Shown in pieces: positions 20,491 to 30,911 of a stretch of 64,000 nt of DNA. Every line of letters starts with the position of its first letter. Position 1 is the stretch's first letter. The stretch is taken from contig CAZDCW010000003.1 of the NCBI GenBank assembly GCA_964504135.1, positions 427 to 64,426 of the forward strand, read 5' to 3'. This stretch comes from an uncultured Methanosarcinales archaeon (GTDB taxonomy: Archaea > Nanobdellota > Nanobdellia > Woesearchaeales > UBA10216). Position numbers and translations under genes: made by a program. The notes under the pieces are model-generated. The model worked only from the letters and a program-made list of their open reading frames with translations. It searched no databases and was not told the DNA's origin.

Positions 20491-20575
20491 CATAGAATGT
20501 AAAGGTTGTATTTAAATCTTCCGTTTTCGGAACTTCCCAGTACTCAAATTTAGCAGGATTTGCAGGAAAAAGATG

Positions 20576-20818
20576 TTAGGCCATGCCCAGCGCCCGCTTG
20601 AGGGCTGGCTTGTTAAACCCTATAATGATCTGGCCGTTTACGTCCACAACCGGAACTCCCATCTGGCCTGACTTTTCAATCATTTCCTGGGCAGCCTTGC
20701 GGTCGGCTGCCACGTTGATTTCCTCATAGGGTATCTTGCTTTCCTTGAGGAATTCCTTTGTCTTGACACACCACGGGCAGACAGGCGTGGTGTAGATTTT
20801 GACCTTGACATTCGGCAT
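20576..20818 (-). CDS. NrdH-like glutaredoxin
   Basis: CPWC, SGQMGVPV. Confidence 0.93.
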   Translation of the reverse strand: MPNVKVKIYTTPVCPWCVKTKEFLKESKIPYEEINVAADRKAAQEMIEKSGQMGVPVVDVNGQIIIGFNKPALKRALGMA

Positions 20819-20923
20819 GCCTCCTGGCTAACCGTGCATTTATTTAAAGCTATGGTTTTAGCGCGGAATCTTATATAATACTTAAAATAACCATTATAAG
20901 CCTGTGGAAGTTGCGCCTTCTGG

Positions 20924-21859
20924 ATGTCTCATACATTTGCTCTTACTGATACAAGGATTCCGCTTGAGGAAAAGGTTCATCTTGTTTCCGTAGATCTTAA
21001 TGGAACTCTTATTAATGCCAGCGCTCCGGAAGCATTGGCTAGGATAGCAGGCGGCGATGCTATAGAGGTTGCCCGGGCAGTTCGGGAACATCATAATGGG
21101 TCTGCAGGCATTGTTAGCGCCATCAATTACGGTGCTTCCCAGATAAGGGGGTTGAGCCTGTATGATTTTGTTAGGTACTGGGCCGAGGGCAGTGATGCAA
21201 TGCCCGGGCTTGCAGGGTTTCTTGAGGGCATGCATGAAAGGGGCACTCCGGTTGTTGTAAACACAACTGCTTTTCGTGAGGTCGCCAGCGTTTACAAGCA
21301 TCAGCTCGGCCCTCATTTGGTGAGGGGGGTTATAGGCAATTCCCTTCAGTTCGCAAATGGTAATGAGGTTCTGACGCCTTATGCGGTTGATATGCTTATT
21401 GCCGCTTATTTTGGGGACTCTGTTAAGTTCGGAAACGGCGAGGTTTTGACGGATTATTCCGATATCGCCCATTGCTTTCCGGTAAACGGCACAGATGGCC
21501 GCAGCGATTTGATTGATTGCCTGAAGGGTATAAAGGCGACGGGCTCTGTGGATTATGAAATCACTACAGAGGTTGAAAAGTTCGATGCTTTGGGTAAATA
21601 CCTAAAATCGAATTTTCCATGGATTGACCTGAGCAGGGTTGCCCATGTTGGGGATGCCCTGAGCGAGTACCCTGCCATGTCCTACATGCTGGAGGAGTGG
21701 GGAGGGGTTGTTGTCGGCTTTAATGCTACAGAAGGCCTTTACCGCAGTTTGGCTGGAACTGCCGCAAAGCCAGGAGTTAAGGGCCACATTCTGGTGTCCT
21801 CACCGAACTTCGGGCCTCACAGGCCTGACCTTAGGGACTTGCTGGAGGTTTTCGCATGA
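20924..21859 (+). CDS. HAD superfamily hydrolase (SerB-like, divergent)
   Basis: DLNGTL motif I, VVNT motif II, EK motif III, VGDALSE motif IV. Confidence 0.7.
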   Translation: MSHTFALTDTRIPLEEKVHLVSVDLNGTLINASAPEALARIAGGDAIEVARAVREHHNGSAGIVSAINYGASQIRGLSLYDFVRYWAEGSDAMPGLAGFLEGMHERGTPVVVNTTAFREVASVYKHQLGPHLVRGVIGNSLQFANGNEVLTPYAVDMLIAAYFGDSVKFGNGEVLTDYSDIAHCFPVNGTDGRSDLIDCLKGIKATGSVDYEITTEVEKFDALGKYLKSNFPWIDLSRVAHVGDALSEYPAMSYMLEEWGGVVVGFNATEGLYRSLAGTAAKPGVKGHILVSSPNFGPHRPDLRDLLEVFA

Positions 21860-22025
21860 ATCCGCAGGTTTTTTCTATTCTCCAGTGAAAGAATTTGTCC
21901 TCGGAAAAGTGGAAAATTTTATAAACCTCAACTCACTATCTGGTAACTGATCTGCTTATTTGTTTGGCAAGTCAATAACATTCTGTTGATTGCTGTTGGC
22001 TGATGGAAAATGCGAGGGAAGGTTT

Positions 22026-22859
22026 ATGCAGGATTTTGGACTTGAGGCCATAGGTGAGGCTGCGCGGTACGCGGTTTTGTGGAATACTGGCGCGTATGCC
22101 GGCGCCAGCATGGGTACTCCTGGTGAGTTTTCAACCCCCCTGATGGATAAGCTTACAAGGCATATCGTGAATTCCGTTAAGCGAGGTTATCTGGGAACTG
22201 ATGGAAGGCCCCTTCGCATTTTAGAGGTTGGTGCCGGGTCTGGAGGGCACGCGGTTATGCTGGTAAGGCGCGGCGAAAGGTTGCGGAGGGATGGGAAGCT
22301 GCCTGAAGGGCTGGAAGTTATAGCGAACGATTATGCAGACCCTCCAATCCAAATGATAGTGGCTAAAAAGGCCGGGTTGAAACCTTATTTGCAGGAACGG
22401 CTGCAAGTGTTTCCCGGCGACATATCTGTCTGCCTTCGCGCGCAGCCTCCTGGTTCAATCGCAGCAACCCATGCCCAGTCTGTGTATCATGGCTGGAGGG
22501 AGGGTGAGAGGCGGCGGGTGTATTCAGAGACTGTTAATGTTCTGGCTGAGTACGGCATTGTTGCAGGCTCCTTTAAGGCTGCTGGCGATCATCGGTATGG
22601 GAGAGGGGAGCTTCTGGAGCAGACAGCCGCAGGTCCTGTTTGCAGGGACACTGATACCATAAGTAGGCTTTTTGTTGAACACCGCGAGCCTTTGATTGGC
22701 GAACTTAGGGATGCGGGTCTTTTTGTGTTTGACGATTTTTTCTGGCCAGTTCAGGCGGCTTACGAAGGTGACGGCTCCCGTGTTCATAAGGTCTACTGGG
22801 GTTTTCTGGCCGCAAAGCGGGATGCCAGCGAGCGTTATGCTGTGAATGGTCAGGCATAG
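22026..22859 (+). CDS. Class I SAM-dependent methyltransferase (divergent)
   Basis: ILEVGAGSGGHA, VIAND, FPGD. Start uncertain (21990 or 22026). Confidence 0.75.
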   Translation: MQDFGLEAIGEAARYAVLWNTGAYAGASMGTPGEFSTPLMDKLTRHIVNSVKRGYLGTDGRPLRILEVGAGSGGHAVMLVRRGERLRRDGKLPEGLEVIANDYADPPIQMIVAKKAGLKPYLQERLQVFPGDISVCLRAQPPGSIAATHAQSVYHGWREGERRRVYSETVNVLAEYGIVAGSFKAAGDHRYGRGELLEQTAAGPVCRDTDTISRLFVEHREPLIGELRDAGLFVFDDFFWPVQAAYEGDGSRVHKVYWGFLAAKRDASERYAVNGQA

Positions 22860-23695
22860 TAATAGATTCCTTCGCAGACAGTCTCTGCAGGCCCTGTCAT
22901 GTATACATGGTTGTCAGCAGCCCATTCTATGTCCAGCCTGCCGCCCAGCACGTCAACCGCGACTTTTCTTCCTGTTTTCTGGTTAAGGACGCAGGCCACA
23001 GCGGTTGCTGATGCCCCTGTGCCGCATGCAAGTGTCTCGCCTGAGCCCCGTTCCCATACGCGCATCTTCACGTTCCTGTCGTCAATTGCCTGCACGAATT
23101 CCACGTTTGCCTTCTTTGGGAACATAGGGTGATTCTGGATTTTCGGCCCGAGGCCCTTCACAAGCTCATCTGTAAGCTCATCTGCAAAGATTACACAGTG
23201 TGGGTTGCCCATTGACACCGCCGTGAAGCGTAGCACTGAGCCATTAACTTTCAATTCCTCATCAACAACTGCCGGCTTGTCGATGTTGACCGGTATGCTC
23301 TTTCCGTTAAGGATTGGCTCTCCCATGTCCACCCGTGCCCCGACGGCTTCGCTGCCGCGGAAAATCGTGTCCACGGTTTTTATGCCAGCGCCTGTCTCTA
23401 CGGTTATGGACTTTTTTGAGGTCAGCCTGTGCTCGTGGCAGAATTTTGCGAATGCCCGTATTCCGTTGCCGCACATCTCTGCCTCGCTTCCGTCAGCGTT
23501 GAATATGCGCATCTTGAAGTCCGCCAACTTTGAGTCGTGCACCAGAATCAGCCCGTCGCTTCCCACGCCGAGGTGCCTGTCAGATACCTTTCTGGCAAGG
23601 TCGGCAGGGTCAAACTTGTAGTAATTTATGGTCATGTCCACGTAGATGTAGTCGTTTCCGCAGCCGTGCATTTTTGTGAACTTTATCTTTTCCAT
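22850..23695 (-). CDS. dapF: Diaminopimelate epimerase
   Basis: KMHGCGND, NADGSEAEMCGNG, MGNPH, ERGSGETLACGTG. Confidence 0.97.
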   Translation of the reverse strand: MEKIKFTKMHGCGNDYIYVDMTINYYKFDPADLARKVSDRHLGVGSDGLILVHDSKLADFKMRIFNADGSEAEMCGNGIRAFAKFCHEHRLTSKKSITVETGAGIKTVDTIFRGSEAVGARVDMGEPILNGKSIPVNIDKPAVVDEELKVNGSVLRFTAVSMGNPHCVIFADELTDELVKGLGPKIQNHPMFPKKANVEFVQAIDDRNVKMRVWERGSGETLACGTGASATAVACVLNQKTGRKVAVDVLGGRLDIEWAADNHVYMTGPAETVCEGIYYYA

Positions 23696-23697
23696 TT

Positions 23698-24933
23698 TCA
23701 GTATCCGTAGAGCAGGTATTCCTCGTCCTCCTTTTTCCTTATTATCCTTGATTCGCTGCCCTTGACCAGGACTTCAACTGGCCTTGGCCTTGTGTTGTAG
23801 TTGGATGACATTGAGAAGCCGTATGCTCCTGCGTTGAGGATCGCCAGTACGTCTCCTTCCTTTATTTCAGGAAGCTCCCTGTCAACCAGCCCGTGCTCGT
23901 CCCTTGTGAACGCATCCCCTGATTCGCAGATGTTGCCCACGACAACAATCTTTGATTTCTCCCCGTCAACCCTGTCGGTAACGACAATCTGATGGTAGCT
24001 TCCGTACATTGCTGGCCTTATCAGGTGGTTAAAGCCGGTGTCAACTCCAGCAAACTTGTGCGTGGGCGTTTCCTTAAGGGTGTTTACAGTGCACAGAAGG
24101 TATCCTGCTTCGGCAACTGGAAAGCGTCCTGGCTCTATGTGCATGTATAGCTCCTTCCCGTATTCCTTGCAGAAGTTTGAGAAGGTTTCAGTCATCATCC
24201 TGCCCAGTGACCGCAAGTTAAGTTCATTCTGGTCAGGCCTGTATGGGACTCCGAGTCCGCCGCCGAAGTCAACAAACTCCAGATCAGAAAATTCTCTGGC
24301 TGTTTTCAGGAGCACGTTCATGGCCAGCCTGAATTTCTCAGGCTCGAGTATTCCTGAGCCTATGTGCTGGTGCACGCCAACGATATTTAGGCGATGCTTC
24401 CCGGCAATTTCCTTTATCTCAGGAACTTTGTCGTGGTATATCCCGAACTTGCTCTCCGGGCCTCCTGTGATGACGTGGCCGTGGTGGCCTCCGCCAACGT
24501 CAGGGTTAATCCTTACGCATACCCTGCTGCCAGGATTCAGCTTTCCGTACCTTTCAAGCTGTGATAGCGAGTCGCAGTTAACCAGCACTCCATGATCCAT
24601 GGCAAATCTCATTTCGTCGTTTGTCACTGATGCGCTTGTAAGCATTATCTGCTCAGGCTTCCATCCAGACTTCTCAGCAGCCATTATTTCGCCCGGTGAA
24701 TGGACGTCAGCGTACGCACCTTCCTCCATCAGTATCCTTAGGATGTGCAGGTTGGTGTTTGCCTTTAGGGCATAATAAATCCTGAGCTTGGCGTAGGTTA
24801 TTGCCTGCCTGAGGTCGCGCATCTTTTGCCTGATTATGGCCTCGTCATAGGCATAGATGGGTGAGCCGTACTTCCTTACAAGCTCTGATGCGGGTATGTC
24901 TCCGATGAGCAGCCTGTTATTGATAGCTTTCAT
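23698..24933 (-). CDS. lysA: Diaminopimelate decarboxylase
   Basis: YALKAN, HIGS, FGGG, EPGRF, CESGD, GAYGFSMSSNYN. Confidence 0.96.
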   Translation of the reverse strand: MKAINNRLLIGDIPASELVRKYGSPIYAYDEAIIRQKMRDLRQAITYAKLRIYYALKANTNLHILRILMEEGAYADVHSPGEIMAAEKSGWKPEQIMLTSASVTNDEMRFAMDHGVLVNCDSLSQLERYGKLNPGSRVCVRINPDVGGGHHGHVITGGPESKFGIYHDKVPEIKEIAGKHRLNIVGVHQHIGSGILEPEKFRLAMNVLLKTAREFSDLEFVDFGGGLGVPYRPDQNELNLRSLGRMMTETFSNFCKEYGKELYMHIEPGRFPVAEAGYLLCTVNTLKETPTHKFAGVDTGFNHLIRPAMYGSYHQIVVTDRVDGEKSKIVVVGNICESGDAFTRDEHGLVDRELPEIKEGDVLAILNAGAYGFSMSSNYNTRPRPVEVLVKGSESRIIRKKEDEEYLLYGY

Positions 24934-24979
24934 GCTGCCTCTGCCCGCTGAAAATCAGCGTCAATCACAACGTCCAGGC

Positions 24980-26140
24980 TCATCTCATCACCCTCCTCAT
25001 CCTCTCCATTGCCTCGGTGAGCCTTGGGTCAGGAACAGTGAGGGAAATCCTGAAGTACCCTTCGCCCTCCTTCCCGTAGCCTGCCCCTGGAGTGATTACT
25101 ACTCCTGCTTTCTCAAGCACCATTGCTGCGAATGTGCCTGAGCTGTAGCCTTCAGGGACTTTCACCCACATGTACAGGCTTCCTTTTGGCTTGTTGCACT
25201 TGAGTCCGATTGAGGACAAAGTATTATAGACTAGGTCTCGTCTCTTCTGGTAGATTGCAAGCGTCCTTTCAAGGACAGCATCTGGAAGGCTTAATGCCTT
25301 TATTGCAGCATACTGGACTGCGTTGAACACTCCGCTGTCAGTGTTGTTCTTGATTATCCCCATGGCCTTTATCACTTCCTCATTGCCGACTGCCATGCCT
25401 ATTCTCCAGCCTGTCATGTTGAATGGCTTGGAGAGCGAGTTGAGTTCAATTCCAACATCCTTTGCGCCGCTGACTTCAAGGAAGCTTAGTGGCCTGTATC
25501 CGTCGTATCCTATTTCGCTGTACGGGTTGTCGCTGCATGCTATGAGGTCATTGTCCGTGGCAAAATCAATTAGTTCCCTGTAGAATTCCTTGCCAGCCAC
25601 CGCGCCAGTTGGGTTGTTGGGATAATTTACGAATATTATTTTGGAGTCCTTGGCCGCGCCGCGAGGGATTGATGAAAGGTCTGGGAGGAAATTGTTCTTC
25701 TCAAGGAGGGGCATGTCTATTGGGTATCCGCTGCAGAATATTGTGCTTGTCCGGTAGGGCGTGTATCCAGGCACTGGCACAAGCGTTGAGTCTCCGGGGT
25801 TTATGATGGATAGGCAGAGGTGGAGGTTGCCTTCCTTTCCGCCTATTAGTGTCAGGACTTCCTTGTCAGGGTCGAGTGTTACCTCGTGCCTTCTTTTGTA
25901 CCATTTTGCAACTGCTTCCCTGAATTCAAAAAGCCCTTCATAATCCGGATACTGGTGGTTCCTTGGCTCATGCGCCGCCCGGCATAGCTCTTCAACTACC
26001 GGGTCAGGCGTTGGCATGTCCGGGTCGCCTATTCCAAGGCTTATCACGTCAGTTCCTTTTTTCCTGGCCTCGGCTATCTTCTTGCTTATTTCCGCAAAGA
26101 GGTATGGCGGCACTGCCTTTACGCGGTCAGATGGCTGCAT
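24980..26140 (-). CDS. dapL: LL-diaminopimelate aminotransferase
   Basis: PPYLFA, LGIGDPD, NYPNNPTG, SLSKPFNMTGWRIG; located in the dap operon. Confidence 0.9.
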   Translation of the reverse strand: MQPSDRVKAVPPYLFAEISKKIAEARKKGTDVISLGIGDPDMPTPDPVVEELCRAAHEPRNHQYPDYEGLFEFREAVAKWYKRRHEVTLDPDKEVLTLIGGKEGNLHLCLSIINPGDSTLVPVPGYTPYRTSTIFCSGYPIDMPLLEKNNFLPDLSSIPRGAAKDSKIIFVNYPNNPTGAVAGKEFYRELIDFATDNDLIACSDNPYSEIGYDGYRPLSFLEVSGAKDVGIELNSLSKPFNMTGWRIGMAVGNEEVIKAMGIIKNNTDSGVFNAVQYAAIKALSLPDAVLERTLAIYQKRRDLVYNTLSSIGLKCNKPKGSLYMWVKVPEGYSSGTFAAMVLEKAGVVITPGAGYGKEGEGYFRISLTVPDPRLTEAMERMRRVMR

Positions 26141-26564
26141 GTGAATTCCTCGTATAGACCCAGGCTGCTGCCACCCGTCGGCTGCTGTAAAAGGGCGACC
26201 TGGGAATGTCAAATTCCAGGTAAGCCTGCCTAAGATGGCTCCTGACAGTGTCTCTCGCTATTCCCAGCCTGTCGGCAATATCAGGATTTGAAAGGCCTTT
26301 CCCAACCAGACGTAAAACCTCAATCTTTCTCGGCGAAAGTTCCCTCCAGTAACCTGCTGCGGGTTCAAAATCCGGGCAGCCAAGAGTCTGTGCGATTTCA
26401 TCAATGGTTCTTGACCCAAGTGACGCAAAAGCGTGGTCCAGATGAACGCCGGCAGTACAGGGAGCTATTGTCAGTGCCTCAGCAATCCCCCGCTCATTGA
26501 GTCCTCTTATGTAGAGCGATAAGGCTTCCTTCTCCCTGGGGGTTAGTTTGCCGTTCATTTTCAT
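26127..26564 (-). CDS. Protein with two tandem LuxR-type HTH domains
   Basis: LTPREKEAL..GL...IAEAL and LSPRKIEVLRL..GLSNPDIADRLGI..TVRSH. Confidence 0.85.
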   Translation of the reverse strand: MKMNGKLTPREKEALSLYIRGLNERGIAEALTIAPCTAGVHLDHAFASLGSRTIDEIAQTLGCPDFEPAAGYWRELSPRKIEVLRLVGKGLSNPDIADRLGIARDTVRSHLRQAYLEFDIPRSPFYSSRRVAAAWVYTRNSHAAI

Positions 26565-26845
26565 CCGCTGGAATCAGCCAGCTTGGCCGGCAGGTCCATG
26601 TTCTTCCCGTACCACTGGTAGCCGATGGGGCACCATAGGCTGCTGGCTTTGCCGCTTTGGATTATTGCATTAATTGCAGGCTCTACAGTTTGATGTGTTT
26701 GGGCCATGGCCAGGATTGCTCTGTTGCCTTCCTGATAGTAATTTTGAATTACGGTCAGTCCGGCCGCGCTTACCACTGTAAGCGCTTCTTGTTCTGTCAC
26801 GCCAGGCCTGAAGTCAATGCTTATGGATAATTCCAGTTCGCTCAT
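26561..26845 (-). CDS. Hypothetical protein
   Basis: 94 aa; 4-nt ATGA overlaps with asd and the LuxR gene. Confidence 0.7.
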   Translation of the reverse strand: MSELELSISIDFRPGVTEQEALTVVSAAGLTVIQNYYQEGNRAILAMAQTHQTVEPAINAIIQSGKASSLWCPIGYQWYGKNMDLPAKLADSSG

Positions 26846-27888
26846 TTCAGGTACCCTTTTGCAGCCAGGAGCTCGGCATTCAGGATAGCAGCTCCGGCTG
26901 CCCCCCTTATTGTGTTGTGCCCTAGGACTGTGAATTTCCAGTCGAGCACGTTGCAGGGCCTTATCCTTCCGATGGTGCTGGCCATTCCTTTTTCAATGTT
27001 TCTGTCAAGTTTTGGCTGTGGCCTGTCCGGTTCGTCCCTCACGATAATCGGCATCGTTGGGCTGCTTGGCAGCTTTAGGCTTTTCAGCGGGTTGAAGGTT
27101 GAAAATGCCTGCTTTAATTCATCTGCGCTCGTTTTTTTTGCCAGCTTTACAGATACTGATTCAAGGTGGCCGTCGTTCATGTTCACGCGGTTGCAGCTTG
27201 CGCTTACCTGGATTTGGGCGGGTTGTATTGTCTGGCCTGAAAGCCAGCCCAGCAGCTTAAGTGTCTCGGTCTCTATCTTCTCCTCCTCTCCGCCGATGTA
27301 GGGAATCACATTATCAAGTATGTCCAGGCTTGCAACCCCCGGGTATCCGGCTCCGCTCAGGGCCTGCATTGTGGTAACAGTTATCTGTCTGATGCCGAAT
27401 GCGTCATGCAGCGGCTTCAAGGCTAAAACCATGTGGATTGTGGAGCAGTTGGGGTTTGTTACTATAAACCCGCTTCTTCTCTTTTTTTGCACGTCTATTA
27501 GCCTTAGATGGTCTGCGTTTACCTCGGGTATTACCAGGGGAACGTCCGCATCCATCCTGTGGTTTCTTGAGTTGCTTGAGACTGCGTAGCCTGCGTGGGC
27601 GAATGCATCCTCAATATCCCCTGCAACCGCTGCATCCAGCGCTGAAAAGACAAGCGTGCAGTCAAGGTCAGGCGTGCATTCCTCCACTGTCATGCCTGCT
27701 GCGTATGCCGGGATGTCGCTGCTGAGCTTCCATCTTCCTGCCATGGCCTCTGCGTAGGTCTTTCCGGCGGAATTTTCAGATGCTGCCAGTGCAGTTACCT
27801 CGAACCATGGATGGCCTTCCAGCAGCTGCACGAGTCTCTGCCCGACCATTCCGGTTGCTCCAAGAACCCCTACCTGGATTTTTTTCAC
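26842..27888 (-). CDS. asd: Aspartate-semialdehyde dehydrogenase
   Basis: [34 protein letters not shown]. Confidence 0.97.
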   Translation of the reverse strand: MKKIQVGVLGATGMVGQRLVQLLEGHPWFEVTALAASENSAGKTYAEAMAGRWKLSSDIPAYAAGMTVEECTPDLDCTLVFSALDAAVAGDIEDAFAHAGYAVSSNSRNHRMDADVPLVIPEVNADHLRLIDVQKKRRSGFIVTNPNCSTIHMVLALKPLHDAFGIRQITVTTMQALSGAGYPGVASLDILDNVIPYIGGEEEKIETETLKLLGWLSGQTIQPAQIQVSASCNRVNMNDGHLESVSVKLAKKTSADELKQAFSTFNPLKSLKLPSSPTMPIIVRDEPDRPQPKLDRNIEKGMASTIGRIRPCNVLDWKFTVLGHNTIRGAAGAAILNAELLAAKGYLK

Positions 27889-27894
27889 AGTGTA

Positions 27895-28641
27895 TCACTT
27901 CCTGAAGTAGTCCTGCATGAAATCAGCCATTGTGAAAAATCCTTTCCTGCCCTGTATCCATTCAGCAGCCATTAGGGCGCCTGCGGCAAAGCCGCTCCTG
28001 TTTCTTGCAGTGTGCTTGATTTCAATGGTGTCTGCTTCTGAGTCAAAGCCAACAACATGGGTTCCGGGTATTGAGCCTGCCCTGATGCTGGCTACGTGTA
28101 GTTCAGGGGCTTCAATTTGCCTGTCCAGCCGGTCATAGACTGCTTTTTTCTTCCGGCTTATGTTGTCTGTCAGTATCTGCGCAATCGTCTTGGCAGTTCC
28201 TGATGGGCTGTCTTTTTTCTGGTTGTGGTGAAGCTCGTAGGCGTATGCGTCATATTCCTCCAGCCTGTTGAAGACCTTGGCAGCCTCCTCAACAATCCTG
28301 AAGTAGGCATTTACCCCGATTGAGAAGTTTGAGCTGTATATCATGCCTGTTCCTGACTTCTTAACGATGGACTTTGCCTCGTCCATCTTGTCATGCCATC
28401 CGGTCGTCGCCATTACAAGGTTTTTCTTTGCTGCCGCAACTGCCTTGATGTTGTCCAGCGCGGACGCTGGCTGCGTGAAGTCTATGGCGACCTCTGCATT
28501 TTTCAGGGATTCCTGGTTTATCAGTTGGAAGGCAGTCTTTTCAGATGGGTCTATTATGGATGTGACTTCAATTCCTCTGGCTTTTGCCAGCCTTTCCACT
28601 TCCCTGCCCATCTTCCCGTAGCCTATGATGGCTATTTTCAT
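27895..28641 (-). CDS. dapB: 4-hydroxy-tetrahydrodipicolinate reductase
   Basis: [26 protein letters not shown]. Confidence 0.97.
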   Translation of the reverse strand: MKIAIIGYGKMGREVERLAKARGIEVTSIIDPSEKTAFQLINQESLKNAEVAIDFTQPASALDNIKAVAAAKKNLVMATTGWHDKMDEAKSIVKKSGTGMIYSSNFSIGVNAYFRIVEEAAKVFNRLEEYDAYAYELHHNQKKDSPSGTAKTIAQILTDNISRKKKAVYDRLDRQIEAPELHVASIRAGSIPGTHVVGFDSEADTIEIKHTARNRSGFAAGALMAAEWIQGRKGFFTMADFMQDYFRK

Positions 28642-29519
28642 ATAGTCACCTTATAGTTTTCAACAACCCTTCTGAGCTTGTCCTCGTTTTGGGGCGAGAG
28701 CTTGACAAGCGGCAGTCTGCATGGCCCGGCTGGCAGCCCTTTCATGTTCATGGCAGCCTTTATTGGGATTGGATTTGTCTCTATGAATGCTGCCTTGAAG
28801 AAGGGCAGCAGCTCGAAATGTATTTGCCTCGCTGCCTCAAAGTCGCCTTCCAGCCCGTATTTGACCATTGAGCTGACCTTGTCTGGCAGCAGGTTGCTTA
28901 CCACGGATATCACGCCCATGCCTCCCAATGATAGCAGTGGCAGCGTAAGGTTGTCATCCCCGCTTATGACTGTGAACTCCGCAGGGAGCTCATTCAGCAC
29001 GTCCATCATCTGGGAAAGGTTTCCTGATGCTTCCTTCACTGCCACGATATTCCTGTGTTCAGCCATCCTTTTGAGTGTGGCGGTTTCTATGTTAACTCCA
29101 GTCCTTCCCTGGATGTTGTACACTATAATTGGGATGTCCACGGCAGTTGCAACTGCCGAGAAATGCTGGTAGAGGCCTTCCTGCGTTGGCTTGTTGTAGT
29201 ATGGGCTTACAATGAGAACTGCGTCAGCGCCCAGGGATTTCGCCTGCCTCGTATATTTTATCGTCTTCTCAGTGCTGTTTGTCCCTGTTCCAACTATTAC
29301 CGGAACCCGTCCATTTGCCTGCTCAGCAACAGTCCTGATTATCTTGTCCCTTTCGTCGTCGTGTATCGTTGGGCTTTCTCCTGTTGTTCCAAGCGGAACC
29401 AGGCCTGAGACTCCATGCCTGGTCTGGAAGTCAACATTCCTTCTCAAGCCCTCATAATCAACCTCGCCGGTCTCCTTAAGCGGGGTGACCATGGCTGTGA
29501 TGCATCCCTGAAATTTCAT
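28638..29519 (-). CDS. dapA: 4-hydroxy-tetrahydrodipicolinate synthase
   Basis: GTTGES, PYYNKP, YNI.GRTG, KEASG, ETNPIPIK. Confidence 0.97.
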   Translation of the reverse strand: MKFQGCITAMVTPLKETGEVDYEGLRRNVDFQTRHGVSGLVPLGTTGESPTIHDDERDKIIRTVAEQANGRVPVIVGTGTNSTEKTIKYTRQAKSLGADAVLIVSPYYNKPTQEGLYQHFSAVATAVDIPIIVYNIQGRTGVNIETATLKRMAEHRNIVAVKEASGNLSQMMDVLNELPAEFTVISGDDNLTLPLLSLGGMGVISVVSNLLPDKVSSMVKYGLEGDFEAARQIHFELLPFFKAAFIETNPIPIKAAMNMKGLPAGPCRLPLVKLSPQNEDKLRRVVENYKVTI

Positions 29520-30841
29520 TTTGCACCTCCGAAAAATTCAGCGTGCAGGACCCTGACTGCCTTGTCGGCGTCTGACGCCTCAACAACCAGCCCTATGTTG
29601 ATTTCCGAGGCTCCCTGCGATATCATCTCGGGATTGATTCCTGTTGCGCTCAGGGTGGCGAAGATTCTGGCTGTTGTATCAGGATTTCTTTTAATCCCGT
29701 GGCCGACGACTGAAATTGACGCCTTTCCATCTTCGAGGGACACTCGTGAAAATTCTCCGAGCTTCCTTACAGCCTCGCCCATTCCGCTGTCGAACCGTGA
29801 ATCTACTGTGACAGAAACGTTTACTTCAGAGGTGGAGACCATGTCTACGGATATCCTGTGTTCATCAAATACATTAAAAATTTTGTGCAGGAAACCGTGC
29901 ATCAGGAACATCCTTTCAGAGTTTACGTTTACAATTGAGAGGCCCTTCTTGCTTACAATGGCTGTTATTCCGTCCTTTCTCTCAGCATCCCTGACAATTT
30001 GCGTGCCTGCAGCAGCTGGCTCATAGGTGTTGAGGACGATTACAGGTATTCCTTTTCGGATTACCGGAAGTATGGTCTTTGGATGCAGTACCTTTGCGCC
30101 CAGGTATGCCAGTTCGGACGCCTCTTCAAAGGTCACCTTGGGTATTGTCCTGGCCTCTGGCGCAATCCTTGGGTCTGCGCTCATTATCCCGTTTACGTCA
30201 GTCCAGATTTCAACAGCCTCCGAGTCCATTGCTGCGCCGATAAGGGATGCAGAATAGTCGCTTCCTCCTCTTCCCAAGGTAGTTATCCTGCCATCAGTTG
30301 TTCTTCCGAGGAATCCGGTTACTACCGGAATGGTTCCCTGGGGTATGGATGTAAAGGCAATCTTCAGCCTTCCATATGCCTCAGGCAGCACCTCTGCGCT
30401 GCCAAAGTTATCGTCTGTTGCAAGGCCAAGGTCATATGCGTTATAAGCCCTCATCCCAATTGCTGAGCCTGAGGCCGCAACAATTATTACAGAAAGCCGC
30501 TCACCAAAAGAGCAGACTTCATCAAGCTGCATGCTGGTAAGCCTGCCTGAATCTGCAATGTTGTCCAGCAGACGCTCAAGAAGCCCCATTTGCTCGGCCA
30601 GGAGTGACTGGGGAAGGCCAAGCTCTTTGAGTATTGAAGCGTGTATCTCTGATATTTCGTTAAGGCAGCTGGCATGTTTGCCCTTCTCTGCCGCCCTGGC
30701 GGCCTGAATCAGCAGGTCTGTAACCTTGCTCACGGCAGACACCACAACAATGGGCTCCTGCCTGCTTGTAACTATTTCTATCACCCTGCGGATCATTGCA
30801 GCGCTGCCTACCGATGTGCCTCCAAACTTCATTACAATCAT
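29516..30841 (-). CDS. lysC: Aspartate kinase
   Basis: MKFGGTSVG, TLGRGGSDYSA, WTDV.G, GAKVLHP, two ACT domains. Confidence 0.96.
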   Translation of the reverse strand: MIVMKFGGTSVGSAAMIRRVIEIVTSRQEPIVVVSAVSKVTDLLIQAARAAEKGKHASCLNEISEIHASILKELGLPQSLLAEQMGLLERLLDNIADSGRLTSMQLDEVCSFGERLSVIIVAASGSAIGMRAYNAYDLGLATDDNFGSAEVLPEAYGRLKIAFTSIPQGTIPVVTGFLGRTTDGRITTLGRGGSDYSASLIGAAMDSEAVEIWTDVNGIMSADPRIAPEARTIPKVTFEEASELAYLGAKVLHPKTILPVIRKGIPVIVLNTYEPAAAGTQIVRDAERKDGITAIVSKKGLSIVNVNSERMFLMHGFLHKIFNVFDEHRISVDMVSTSEVNVSVTVDSRFDSGMGEAVRKLGEFSRVSLEDGKASISVVGHGIKRNPDTTARIFATLSATGINPEMISQGASEINIGLVVEASDADKAVRVLHAEFFGGAK

Positions 30842-30911
30842 CGGCAGCAGGCACAAGGGAAAACTATAAATACTTTATGTTATTTCAATAACAAAAAATC
30901 AGGTAATTGTT

